Sequence record: SRR22947727_339 | Reading direction: 5' to 3' (one strand) | DNA length: 64,000 bases | Shown here: piece by piece, positions 50,975 through 59,876 of the stretch | Position numbering within the stretch: the first letter of the stretch is position 1 | How the letters are laid out: each line of letters opens with the position of its first letter | Notes under the pieces: generated by a model | Database searches by the model: none | What the model saw: only the letters and a program-made list of their open reading frames with translations | Told to the model about the DNA's origin: nothing | Made by a program: the position numbers and the translations under genes

Positions 50975-52780
50975 ATGATTATACAAAAAAATATACGTAA
51001 TTTTTCAATTGTAGCTCACATTGATCATGGAAAGTCTACATTAGCAGACAGACTTATATCATTTACCGGAGGCCTATCTGATCGTGAAATGTCAGACCAA
51101 GTTCTTGATAACATGGATATTGAAAAAGAAAGAGGAATAACAATAAAAGCTCAAACTGTTAGACTTGATTATATAGCAAAAAACGGTCAAAATTATATTC
51201 TAAATTTGATGGATACGCCGGGTCATGTAGACTTTGCTTATGAAGTTTCACGAAGTCTCTCAGCATGTGAAGGTTCAATACTTGTAGTAGATGCTTCACA
51301 AGGTGTAGAAGCTCAAACTCTGGCAAATGTGTATCAAGCAATCGATCATAATCATGATATTGTACCAGTATTAAATAAAATCGACCTTCCTGCTGCAGAG
51401 CCTGAACGTGTTAAGGAACAGATTGAAGAAGTTATTGGCATTGATGCCTCAAACGCGATTGAGTGCTCAGCTAAATCTGGCTTAGGTATTCAAGAAGTTC
51501 TTGAGGCAGTATGCCATCAACTTCCTCCACCTAATGAAAAAGACCCCAATGCTTCCCTTAAGGCTATGCTCGTGGATGCTTGGTATGACACTTACATGGG
51601 GGTAGTCGTACTATTCCGTGTAATCGAAGGTACTGTTAAAAAGGGAATGAGAATCCGCACTATGAACACTGGGGCAAGCTACACTGTTGATAAAGTTGGG
51701 TATTTTTTACCAAAACCAACCGATGCTATATCCATAGGGCCTGGCGAAGTAGGTTTTTTAACTGCATCAATCAAAGAAGTCGCAGATGCCGCAGTAGGCG
51801 ATACTATTACAGAAGACAAACGTCCCACAGAAATTCCTCTTGAAGGCTTCAAGCCAGCTCAACCAGTTGTTTTCTGTGGAATTTTTCCTGTTGATGCTGC
51901 CGACTTCGAGGACCTCAGAGCAGCAATGGGGCGTTTAAGGCTAAACGATGCAAGTTTTAGTTATGAGATGGAAACCTCAGCAGCGCTTGGGTTTGGTTTT
52001 AGGTGCGGCTTTCTAGGATTACTTCATCTGGAAATAATTCAAGAAAGACTAGAACGAGAGTTCGATCTTGACCTTATTACAACAGCTCCCTCAGTAGTTT
52101 ACACTTTAGACATGAGAGATGGAGAACAAATACAGCTTCATAATCCAGCAGACATGCCTGATATAATGCAAATTGAGAAAATTCAAGAGCCATGGATCAA
52201 AGCTACGATTATGAGTCCTGATGAATTTTTAGGTGGAATACTCAAACTTTGTCAAGATCGTCGAGGCGTACAAACTGGTCTTAGCTATGTAGGTTCAAGA
52301 GCCATGGTAGAGTATGAATTACCGCTTAATGAAGTGGTTTTCGATTTCTATGATAGATTAAAATCTGTTTCAAAGGGTTATGCAAGTTTTGACTACCAAA
52401 GCATTGGCCTAAAAGAGGGGGATTTAGTAAAAATGAGTATATTAGTTAATGGCGATCAAGTAGATGCTTTATCCATGCTCGTTCACCGTAATAATGCAGA
52501 AAGTCGTGGTAGACAAATGTGCGAAAGATTAAAAGACCTCATTCCAAGGCACCTCTTTAAGATACCAGTTCAAGCAGCCATAGGAGGAAGAATAATAGCT
52601 CGAGAAACTATAGCTGCTATGCGCAAAGACGTAACCGCAAAATGTTACGGAGGAGATGCTTCACGAAAACGAAAATTATTAGACAAGCAGAAAAAGGGTA
52701 AAAAGCGCATGAGACAGTTCGGCAAAGTCGAGATTCCTCAAGAAGCATTTATCGCTGCACTAAAAATGAATGATACTTAG
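50975..52780 (+). CDS. lepA: Elongation factor 4
   Basis: [42 protein letters not shown]; start 50954 or 50975. Confidence 0.98.
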   Translation: MIIQKNIRNFSIVAHIDHGKSTLADRLISFTGGLSDREMSDQVLDNMDIEKERGITIKAQTVRLDYIAKNGQNYILNLMDTPGHVDFAYEVSRSLSACEGSILVVDASQGVEAQTLANVYQAIDHNHDIVPVLNKIDLPAAEPERVKEQIEEVIGIDASNAIECSAKSGLGIQEVLEAVCHQLPPPNEKDPNASLKAMLVDAWYDTYMGVVVLFRVIEGTVKKGMRIRTMNTGASYTVDKVGYFLPKPTDAISIGPGEVGFLTASIKEVADAAVGDTITEDKRPTEIPLEGFKPAQPVVFCGIFPVDAADFEDLRAAMGRLRLNDASFSYEMETSAALGFGFRCGFLGLLHLEIIQERLEREFDLDLITTAPSVVYTLDMRDGEQIQLHNPADMPDIMQIEKIQEPWIKATIMSPDEFLGGILKLCQDRRGVQTGLSYVGSRAMVEYELPLNEVVFDFYDRLKSVSKGYASFDYQSIGLKEGDLVKMSILVNGDQVDALSMLVHRNNAESRGRQMCERLKDLIPRHLFKIPVQAAIGGRIIARETIAAMRKDVTAKCYGGDASRKRKLLDKQKKGKKRMRQFGKVEIPQEAFIAALKMNDT

Positions 52781-52824
52781 AATATTAAACGCAATGTAAT
52801 ATTAAAATTTTAAACCGAAAAATA

Positions 52825-55755
52825 TCAAATATTATTTTCAAAAAACTCTACTGCAGCAGCATCTCGAGCTGTTATTTCCCCATCACCATTAAAGTATTTC
52901 CAACTTCTCTCACACTTATTAAATTCAGTTCCCTTTAAATCAATAACATTTATTTTGTTTTTATCATCAAATAGCTCACATAAACTAACAATAAGGTAAT
53001 CAGCCAATGTATCTGTTGGATTACCAGGATCAGAGTATGAGCTATTCAAACTTATTCCAAGGTTTGTAACTGCCTTTATTAAATTAGTATTTTTTGGTCC
53101 AGTTATAGATGCCTCAAGACTTGACTTTATTTGTTTATCTTTTCTCATTGGCTCAATGGCTTCAGATACCTGTCCTCTAAAGGTTCTTATAATGTCAATA
53201 TCATTGGCTATATTTTGATTAAACCATTCTTTTGGGGCCTTTCTAAATAACTGCAGATGCACTGAAGATTCCTGATTAGGAAAGCGGGTTTGCCAAACCT
53301 CTTCCATCGTGAAACATAATACAGGAGCTAACCAAGTTGCAAGTCGTTGAAATATGAGATCCATGACTGTTAAGCAAGCTTGGCGTCTTAAACTTAAAAT
53401 AGGGTCACAGTACAAAGCATCCTTTCTAATATCAAAATAAAATGATGAAAGTTCAAGTGTACAAAAATTAAATATCATTGTAAAAATACGCTTATGATCG
53501 TGGTCACGCACAAGTCGTTCATGCTCAAGGGTAATTTCAGAAAGACGGTGTAATACCCATTTTTCTAGCCCTGGCATCTCAGAATATTGAACGATGTTAG
53601 TTGCATCATAACCATCCAAAGCTCCAATCATATACCTAAGAGTATTGCGTAATTTACGGTAGGCATCTACATTGGTCTGAATAATTTCACGGCCTATTTT
53701 TAAGTCAGTAGTAGTCTCTGAATTTGCAACCCAAAGTCGTAAGATTTCAGCCCCGTATTGTTTATTAATATCCTCAGGACTCATTGTGTTTCCCAATGAT
53801 TTAGACATTTTAAACCCTTTATCATCAACCACAAAACCATCAGTCAAAACTCCATCATAAGGCGCCTCGCCATAAACTGCACAACTTTCAAGCAACGAGC
53901 TTTGAAACCAGCCACGATGCTGGTCTGAACCTTCTAAATATAAATCTGCTCGACCTGGTAAATCAGATCGCGTTTTTAAACAAAATGCATGAGTGCAACC
54001 AGAGTCAAACCAAACGTCAAGTATATCATTTACCTTATGCCACCCATCACCAGCATTAGGTATAAATTTTTCTAATGGCGTATCAAACCAACCATCGACA
54101 CCAAACTTCCTTACAGCGTCAAGAATTCGATTATTTATATTTTCAGCATCAGGCCTATCTGTGTGCAACTCTCCATTCGGGCCGATAATTAAAGTAATGG
54201 GAACCCCCCAACTTCTTTGACGTGATATCAGCCAATCAGGACGGTCAGCCACCATACTAGTAATACGATTACGCCCCCGATCAGGCCAAAATTTAGTTTT
54301 ATCTATTGCTTCTAATGCTTTTTCTCGTAAGCCTTTTTTTGACATAGATATAAACCACTGCGGCGTAGCACGACGTATTACAGGGGCCTTTGAACGCCAA
54401 CTATGGGCATCTCGAAGAGTAATTATACCTCTGGATAAAAGATTTCCACACTCAACTAATGCTTTTAGAACCTCATTATTAGCCTTTCCATCTTGGCCGC
54501 GTTTTTTACCACTAGTTCGTATTACATCCAGCCCTTTAAATCGTGATGGCATAACATCAGTATAACAGCCAGCATCATCCAGTGTCATTGGCACCACAGG
54601 GTTAATACCTAAACTTTCTATCTTATTTTGATTTGACACCCAGACTACATAATCATCTTCACCATGACTTGGAGCAGTATGAACAAAACCTGATCCAGTC
54701 TCTGCCGTAACATGACTCCCTTCCAATAGGGGTACAATAAAATCATACTTTCCTTCGGCGCCATCCATATTTTTTAATGGGTGACTTAAAACAAATCCCT
54801 GTATATCTTTTGAGGGAATTTCTATAAGCTTTTTATAAGATTTAATTAGACCTGCTTTAGCAACAGACTGCCAAAGATCATCGGCCACAATCAGTTTATC
54901 GCCACACTTTGTCCAAGGTTCAAAATCAGAATCTTCGATTTGTGTTACTTCATAAATACTATATTTAATTTTTGATGAGAAACTTACAGCTCGATTAGCA
55001 GGAATTGTCCAGGGAGTGGTAGTCCAAATGACAACGCTTGCGCAGGAGAGGTTTTCTTCATAATCGGTGAATGCAGTTGCATTAGAAATAGGAAATTTTA
55101 CATAAATCTGGGTAGCTCTTTTATCCTTATATTCGACCTCTGCCTCAGCGAGAGCAGTTTGCTCAACAGGACTCCACATTATTGGTTTCGAACCTCGGTA
55201 AAGCTGTCCTGTAGAAGCTATTTTAAGTAATTCCTCACAAATAATTGCTTCACTTTCTGGTTTCATAGTTAAATAGGGATTTTCCCAATCACCGACTATT
55301 CCTAATCTTTGAAATTCTTTCGACTGAATATTCACCCAATGTTGGGCATATTCCCGACATCGCTTTCTAAATTCACTGGGCTTAACTTCTTCTTTACTTC
55401 GACCTTTACTTCGAAACTCCTCTTCAACCTTCCATTCTATGGGTAACCCGTGACAATCCCAACCTGGGACATAGTTAGCATTGTACCCCAACATTTGATG
55501 AGAACGATTGATTATATCTTTATGAGTTTTATTCATGGCAGTGCCAATATGAATATGACCATTTGCATATGGCGGTCCATCATGAAGCGTCCACTGAGGG
55601 CTTTCACTGGAGGCTTCGCGCAATTTTTTATAGAGCTCAATTTTTTTCCAATAATCTAACCACTCTGGCTCTTTTTTTGGTAATCCCGCACGCATAGGGA
55701 AATCAGTTATAGGTAGAAATAAGGTATCGCGGTAATCGCGTTTAGGCTTGTTCAT
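52825..55755 (-). CDS. ileS: Isoleucine-tRNA ligase (type 1)
   Basis: HDGPPYANG, PGWDCHGLPIE, WTTTPWT, DWLISRQR, LEGSDQHRGWF, KMSKS. Confidence 0.98.
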   Translation of the reverse strand: MNKPKRDYRDTLFLPITDFPMRAGLPKKEPEWLDYWKKIELYKKLREASSESPQWTLHDGPPYANGHIHIGTAMNKTHKDIINRSHQMLGYNANYVPGWDCHGLPIEWKVEEEFRSKGRSKEEVKPSEFRKRCREYAQHWVNIQSKEFQRLGIVGDWENPYLTMKPESEAIICEELLKIASTGQLYRGSKPIMWSPVEQTALAEAEVEYKDKRATQIYVKFPISNATAFTDYEENLSCASVVIWTTTPWTIPANRAVSFSSKIKYSIYEVTQIEDSDFEPWTKCGDKLIVADDLWQSVAKAGLIKSYKKLIEIPSKDIQGFVLSHPLKNMDGAEGKYDFIVPLLEGSHVTAETGSGFVHTAPSHGEDDYVVWVSNQNKIESLGINPVVPMTLDDAGCYTDVMPSRFKGLDVIRTSGKKRGQDGKANNEVLKALVECGNLLSRGIITLRDAHSWRSKAPVIRRATPQWFISMSKKGLREKALEAIDKTKFWPDRGRNRITSMVADRPDWLISRQRSWGVPITLIIGPNGELHTDRPDAENINNRILDAVRKFGVDGWFDTPLEKFIPNAGDGWHKVNDILDVWFDSGCTHAFCLKTRSDLPGRADLYLEGSDQHRGWFQSSLLESCAVYGEAPYDGVLTDGFVVDDKGFKMSKSLGNTMSPEDINKQYGAEILRLWVANSETTTDLKIGREIIQTNVDAYRKLRNTLRYMIGALDGYDATNIVQYSEMPGLEKWVLHRLSEITLEHERLVRDHDHKRIFTMIFNFCTLELSSFYFDIRKDALYCDPILSLRRQACLTVMDLIFQRLATWLAPVLCFTMEEVWQTRFPNQESSVHLQLFRKAPKEWFNQNIANDIDIIRTFRGQVSEAIEPMRKDKQIKSSLEASITGPKNTNLIKAVTNLGISLNSSYSDPGNPTDTLADYLIVSLCELFDDKNKINVIDLKGTEFNKCERSWKYFNGDGEITARDAAAVEFFENNI

Positions 55756-55809
55756 TTTTATCTCAAAAAAAAGAGGTTATATTTGATCGTTCAATTATAC
55801 AGTTTTAAA

Positions 55810-56838
55810 TTAATTCATAGGGGTATTAACATCAGATATAAAACTAATAAGAGAATTAAAATATTTATCTTCGTCATCATACTGAGAAAGATGCGAACCG
55901 TTAGGCATGTATGCATACCTAGCATTTGGAATTTGAGTAGACATCCATTCCATATGTCTTGGGTCCATCGTATCATATTTAGCACCAATCACCAATGTTG
56001 GAACGGTGATTTTACTGAGGCTTTCAGTGATGTCCCATTTCTCAAGGAGACCGCTAGCCCCTAATTCACTTGGGCCTTGCATGGGTATGTATACCTTAGG
56101 ATTCAAATGCTCCAGTGCTCTAACAACACCTTTAGGCCAGTCTTGAAAAGGTCGTCGCAAAATATGGTTCACATAATGATGTTCAATTAAAAGTTCCATG
56201 TAAACTGGGTTATGATAATCCTCTGCATCTTCAAAAGATTTAATTTTTGAAAGAATATCAGTGTCTATTTTGGTCTCCATTACTTCAGAAGCATACTTAT
56301 TATAAGCAGGTATAGATGACATCATATTGGAAATAATTAAGCCCTTAAGGTTATTTTGGTACTTAAGTGCGTATTCCATACCCAAAATACCTCCCCAGCT
56401 TTGACCAAACAAATAAAAATTACTTTCATTCAAACCCAAAGCAATTCGGACCTGCTCTACCTCATCAACAAATCTATCAATTTTCCATAAGTCAGGGCTG
56501 TCCGGTTGGTCAGAAAAATAACTTCCGAGCTGGTCATAATAATAGAATTCAATACCTGCATCAGGTAAATGTTTACTAAAATTTTCGAAAATTTCATGAG
56601 TTACGCCTGGCCCTCCATGAAGAAGCAAGACTTTCATACTAGGATTATTTCCTATTTTCTTTGTCCAAACATTAAAATTCCCTTCAGTTGTGGAAATTTT
56701 TATGTATGTTCCCTCTCCAACTTCAGGTGTCGGGTATTCAATTTTAGAACTAACGTTCGATTCTGAGTTAGAATTATAGACTTCCGAACAACCCATTAGG
56801 AGTGTTAATAAAGATATTAATAAAAGTTTTAATCGCAT
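55810..56838 (-). CDS. Proline iminopeptidase-family alpha/beta hydrolase, lipoprotein
   Basis: LHGGPG, YDQLG, GQSWGG, D and GSH triad; likely start 56838 with lipobox LMG-C. Confidence 0.88.
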   Translation of the reverse strand: MRLKLLLISLLTLLMGCSEVYNSNSESNVSSKIEYPTPEVGEGTYIKISTTEGNFNVWTKKIGNNPSMKVLLLHGGPGVTHEIFENFSKHLPDAGIEFYYYDQLGSYFSDQPDSPDLWKIDRFVDEVEQVRIALGLNESNFYLFGQSWGGILGMEYALKYQNNLKGLIISNMMSSIPAYNKYASEVMETKIDTDILSKIKSFEDAEDYHNPVYMELLIEHHYVNHILRRPFQDWPKGVVRALEHLNPKVYIPMQGPSELGASGLLEKWDITESLSKITVPTLVIGAKYDTMDPRHMEWMSTQIPNARYAYMPNGSHLSQYDDEDKYFNSLISFISDVNTPMN

Positions 56839-56971
56839 GAATTTCTCTCTTTTAATTAAATGAAATATTAATACCAAACTCAATAAGTTATTTCTAATTT
56901 GCAATAAAATACTACAGTCTAAGATAACAATTTAAAAGAATTAATTATCAAGAGATCTTGCTATATATTGC

Positions 56972-58444
56972 CTAAACCATTCTCCAAGTAGTGCCCCCAG
57001 CATTATCTTCCAAAATAACACCATGGACTCTTGCCTCATCCCTTGCTTCGTCAGCAGATTTCCAGTCCTTTGACTTCCTAGCCATTTCTCTTCTATGGGC
57101 CAATGCATCGAATAGTGCTTCGTCATCATCAGAAACCTTCCTTTTAAACCATTCAAAAGGATCACTTACGAGAATTCCTAACAGAGAACTTACTCCTTCA
57201 AGTGCATTTTTAACTTCAAAAACTTTATTAATTAACGAAACTGGAAAATCGTCATTATCATATTTTTCAGCTTCATTTAACAACACATTTAAATTATCAA
57301 ATAGGCTTTCAAGTTCTGATATAGCACCCACAGTATTGAGGTCAGACTTTAAGCAATTTATAATTTTATTAAAATCGGGGGCTAGACTTAAAGTTTCTCT
57401 AGTTTCTTTTTGGAACTGAAAATCAATTGAACTTAATCGTTTTACAACTCTATACCAACGATCGAGATTTTGCTTACTCTCCTGCAGAAGCTGTTTGGTC
57501 CAAACTAATTCACTTTTATAATGCGCCTTTATCAAAGAAAGGCGGATAACTTCGCCATCCCAGTCCTTAAGCAGATCGTTAATTAATTGAACATTTCCAA
57601 CACTTTTTGACATTTTCTCATTACCCATATTGAGGAACTCATTATGCACCCAATAATTAGCGAGAGGCTGTCCATCATGAGCACAAACGCTCTGAGCTAT
57701 CTCGTTTTCATGATGTGGAAATTTTAAGTCTATTCCCCCACAATGTATGTCAATTGTATATCCATCATGATTAAGAACCGCTTGAGCCATAGCCGAACAC
57801 TCAATATGCCAGCCAGGTCTACCTTTGCCAAATGGAGAAACCCACCCAACCCCGTCAAGTTCAGGCTTCCATAAAACGAAATCGGCATTATTCCTTTTTC
57901 TGGAAGTTTCCCCCTCTTTTAACCTTGCTCCAGTAATTAAATCTTCAAGGTTATTTCCCGATAAATTACCATAATCCTCAAACCTACTAACATCAAAAAA
58001 TACATGATTATCTGACATGTAAGCGAATTTTTTGGAAACTAATAAAGATATCATTTTAACCATACTGTCTATATATTCTGTACATTTAGGTTGCTCAGTG
58101 GGCCTTAAACACCCAATGGCAGCTAAGTCTTTATTATAAATATCTGCAAATTTCTCGGTAATCTCATGTATTTCAACATTATCTTCTTTGGCTCTTTTAA
58201 TAATTTTATCATCGACATCGGTAATATTGCGTGCATATACAACACTTGACTCTCCATAAATTTCCCTCAAAAGGCGAAAAAGAATATCAGCGACTACAGC
58301 TGCTCTAGCATTTCCAATGTGTGCATAGCTATACACAGTAGGACCACAGTTATACATTGTTACCCTGTTAGGATCTTGAGGTTTAAATACCTCTTTTTTT
58401 CGCGTTAAGGAATTGTAGATATACAAGGGTAATTTTTCTGTCAT
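56972..58444 (-). CDS. cysS: Cysteine-tRNA ligase
   Basis: CGPTVY..AHIGN, DFVLWK, GRPGWHIECS, FPHHENE, KMSKS. Confidence 0.98.
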   Translation of the reverse strand: MTEKLPLYIYNSLTRKKEVFKPQDPNRVTMYNCGPTVYSYAHIGNARAAVVADILFRLLREIYGESSVVYARNITDVDDKIIKRAKEDNVEIHEITEKFADIYNKDLAAIGCLRPTEQPKCTEYIDSMVKMISLLVSKKFAYMSDNHVFFDVSRFEDYGNLSGNNLEDLITGARLKEGETSRKRNNADFVLWKPELDGVGWVSPFGKGRPGWHIECSAMAQAVLNHDGYTIDIHCGGIDLKFPHHENEIAQSVCAHDGQPLANYWVHNEFLNMGNEKMSKSVGNVQLINDLLKDWDGEVIRLSLIKAHYKSELVWTKQLLQESKQNLDRWYRVVKRLSSIDFQFQKETRETLSLAPDFNKIINCLKSDLNTVGAISELESLFDNLNVLLNEAEKYDNDDFPVSLINKVFEVKNALEGVSSLLGILVSDPFEWFKRKVSDDDEALFDALAHRREMARKSKDWKSADEARDEARVHGVILEDNAGGTTWRMV

Positions 58445-58635
58445 GGGTCTATAATACGAGCTTTCTTTAGGCTAATAAACCATACTTATTAAATAAGTAC
58501 AGGCCTAGTGTACACTTAACCACATTATAAGCATATAATTTCTAAATTTATTAAAATTCTACTTGCAGTCAACAAAAACAAACTTTTTTCTTTTGTTGCT
58601 AGTATTTATAGATAGATATGCGCTATAGGAAACCC

Positions 58636-59256
58636 ATGAATATAAATACACCCAAAAAAACACTACTCAAATCTGTACCTGTATCATTAAGACCGTCGGA
58701 AGAAGAGGCAATTGAGGCAGTCAGAACATTAATTCGTTGGGCGGGAGACAATCCTGAACGTGAAGGCCTTATAGATACCCCTAAGCGAGTCATTAATGCA
58801 TATCGTGAGTGGTTCAGGGGATATGATATGGATCCTGAAACTGAGCTCTCACGTGTATTTGAAGACGTATCAGGCTATGATGACATGGTTCTACTGAGAG
58901 AAATTGATGTTGAAAGTCATTGTGAACATCATATGGCTCCATTTTTAGGAAAAGCTTATGTGGCTTACCTCCCAACAGATAAAGTTGTTGGGATATCAAA
59001 GTTAGTTAAAGTAGTGGAAATATTTTCTAAACGACTTCAAACACAAGAAACGATGACTTCTCAGATAGTAGAAGCAATTGATGAAGTATTAAAACCGCGT
59101 GGTTCAGCAATTATGATTGACGCAATCCATCAGTGCATGAGTACACGAGGGGTTCATCACCCAAACGTATCAACAATTACAACACAGTTTACTGGAGAGT
59201 TTAAAACAAACCCAGCGCTGCAGGACAGATTTCTGAAACTTATAAGTAGAGATTAA
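58636..59256 (+). CDS. folE: GTP cyclohydrolase I
   Basis: REGL.DTP.RV, SHCEHH, GISK, RLQTQE, HQCM..RG; start 58618 or 58636. Confidence 0.96.
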   Translation: MNINTPKKTLLKSVPVSLRPSEEEAIEAVRTLIRWAGDNPEREGLIDTPKRVINAYREWFRGYDMDPETELSRVFEDVSGYDDMVLLREIDVESHCEHHMAPFLGKAYVAYLPTDKVVGISKLVKVVEIFSKRLQTQETMTSQIVEAIDEVLKPRGSAIMIDAIHQCMSTRGVHHPNVSTITTQFTGEFKTNPALQDRFLKLISRD

Positions 59257-59305
59257 ATCAACCCTTATAGTTGATAATTATAATCCAAAAAAACATATTT
59301 AACAG

Positions 59306-59608
59306 TTAAGTATTAGCTGCTTCCAGATCAGATTGAGCTTTCATAACAAGCTTTTTGATCTTTTTAGCTTTTTCAGTTAGCTTATGGTTTTTTGTTCCTA
59401 CCAAGAAACCATCAAGCCCACCTTTGAAATCAACAGTTCGCAATGTAGCTGCAGATATTCGCATTTTAAATTTCTGACCAAGAGTATCTGAAGGCAATGT
59501 CACATTACATAAGTTAACATTAAATCTACGGTTAGTCCGATTTTTGGCGTGGGAAACATTGTGACCTGACATTGGGCCTGTATCAAGAAGATCGCAGCGA
59601 CGTGACAT
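59306..59608 (-). CDS. rpmB: 50S ribosomal protein L28
   Basis: MSRRC, G.NVSHA.N.T.RRF..NL, LRTVD.KGGLD. Confidence 0.96.
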   Translation of the reverse strand: MSRRCDLLDTGPMSGHNVSHAKNRTNRRFNVNLCNVTLPSDTLGQKFKMRISAATLRTVDFKGGLDGFLVGTKNHKLTEKAKKIKKLVMKAQSDLEAANT

Positions 59609-59876
59609 TTTTTCACCTAAACTTTTAACAAATATAAATAAACAACTAATGTTGATTTCGCGGGGAATTATATGTTCAAACGCAGCACGTCAACCCTTTT
59701 AAGACAGATTAATTTAGTCCTTATCAATAATCTTGGGTAATATTAAGGAAGTTAATTATTTTATGTCTATTAATATAATCATTTTAAAAAAATAAATATT
59801 ATCTTTTGTTTTTATTATTATATATTTATCCCATGGGTAATTACTAATCCAAATATAATAAAATTATAAAGACTTT

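Noticed and set aside
52825..52920. IleRS C-terminal zinc finger lacks three cysteines (CERSW...TARD)
   Set aside because: Common alphaproteobacterial variant, not novel
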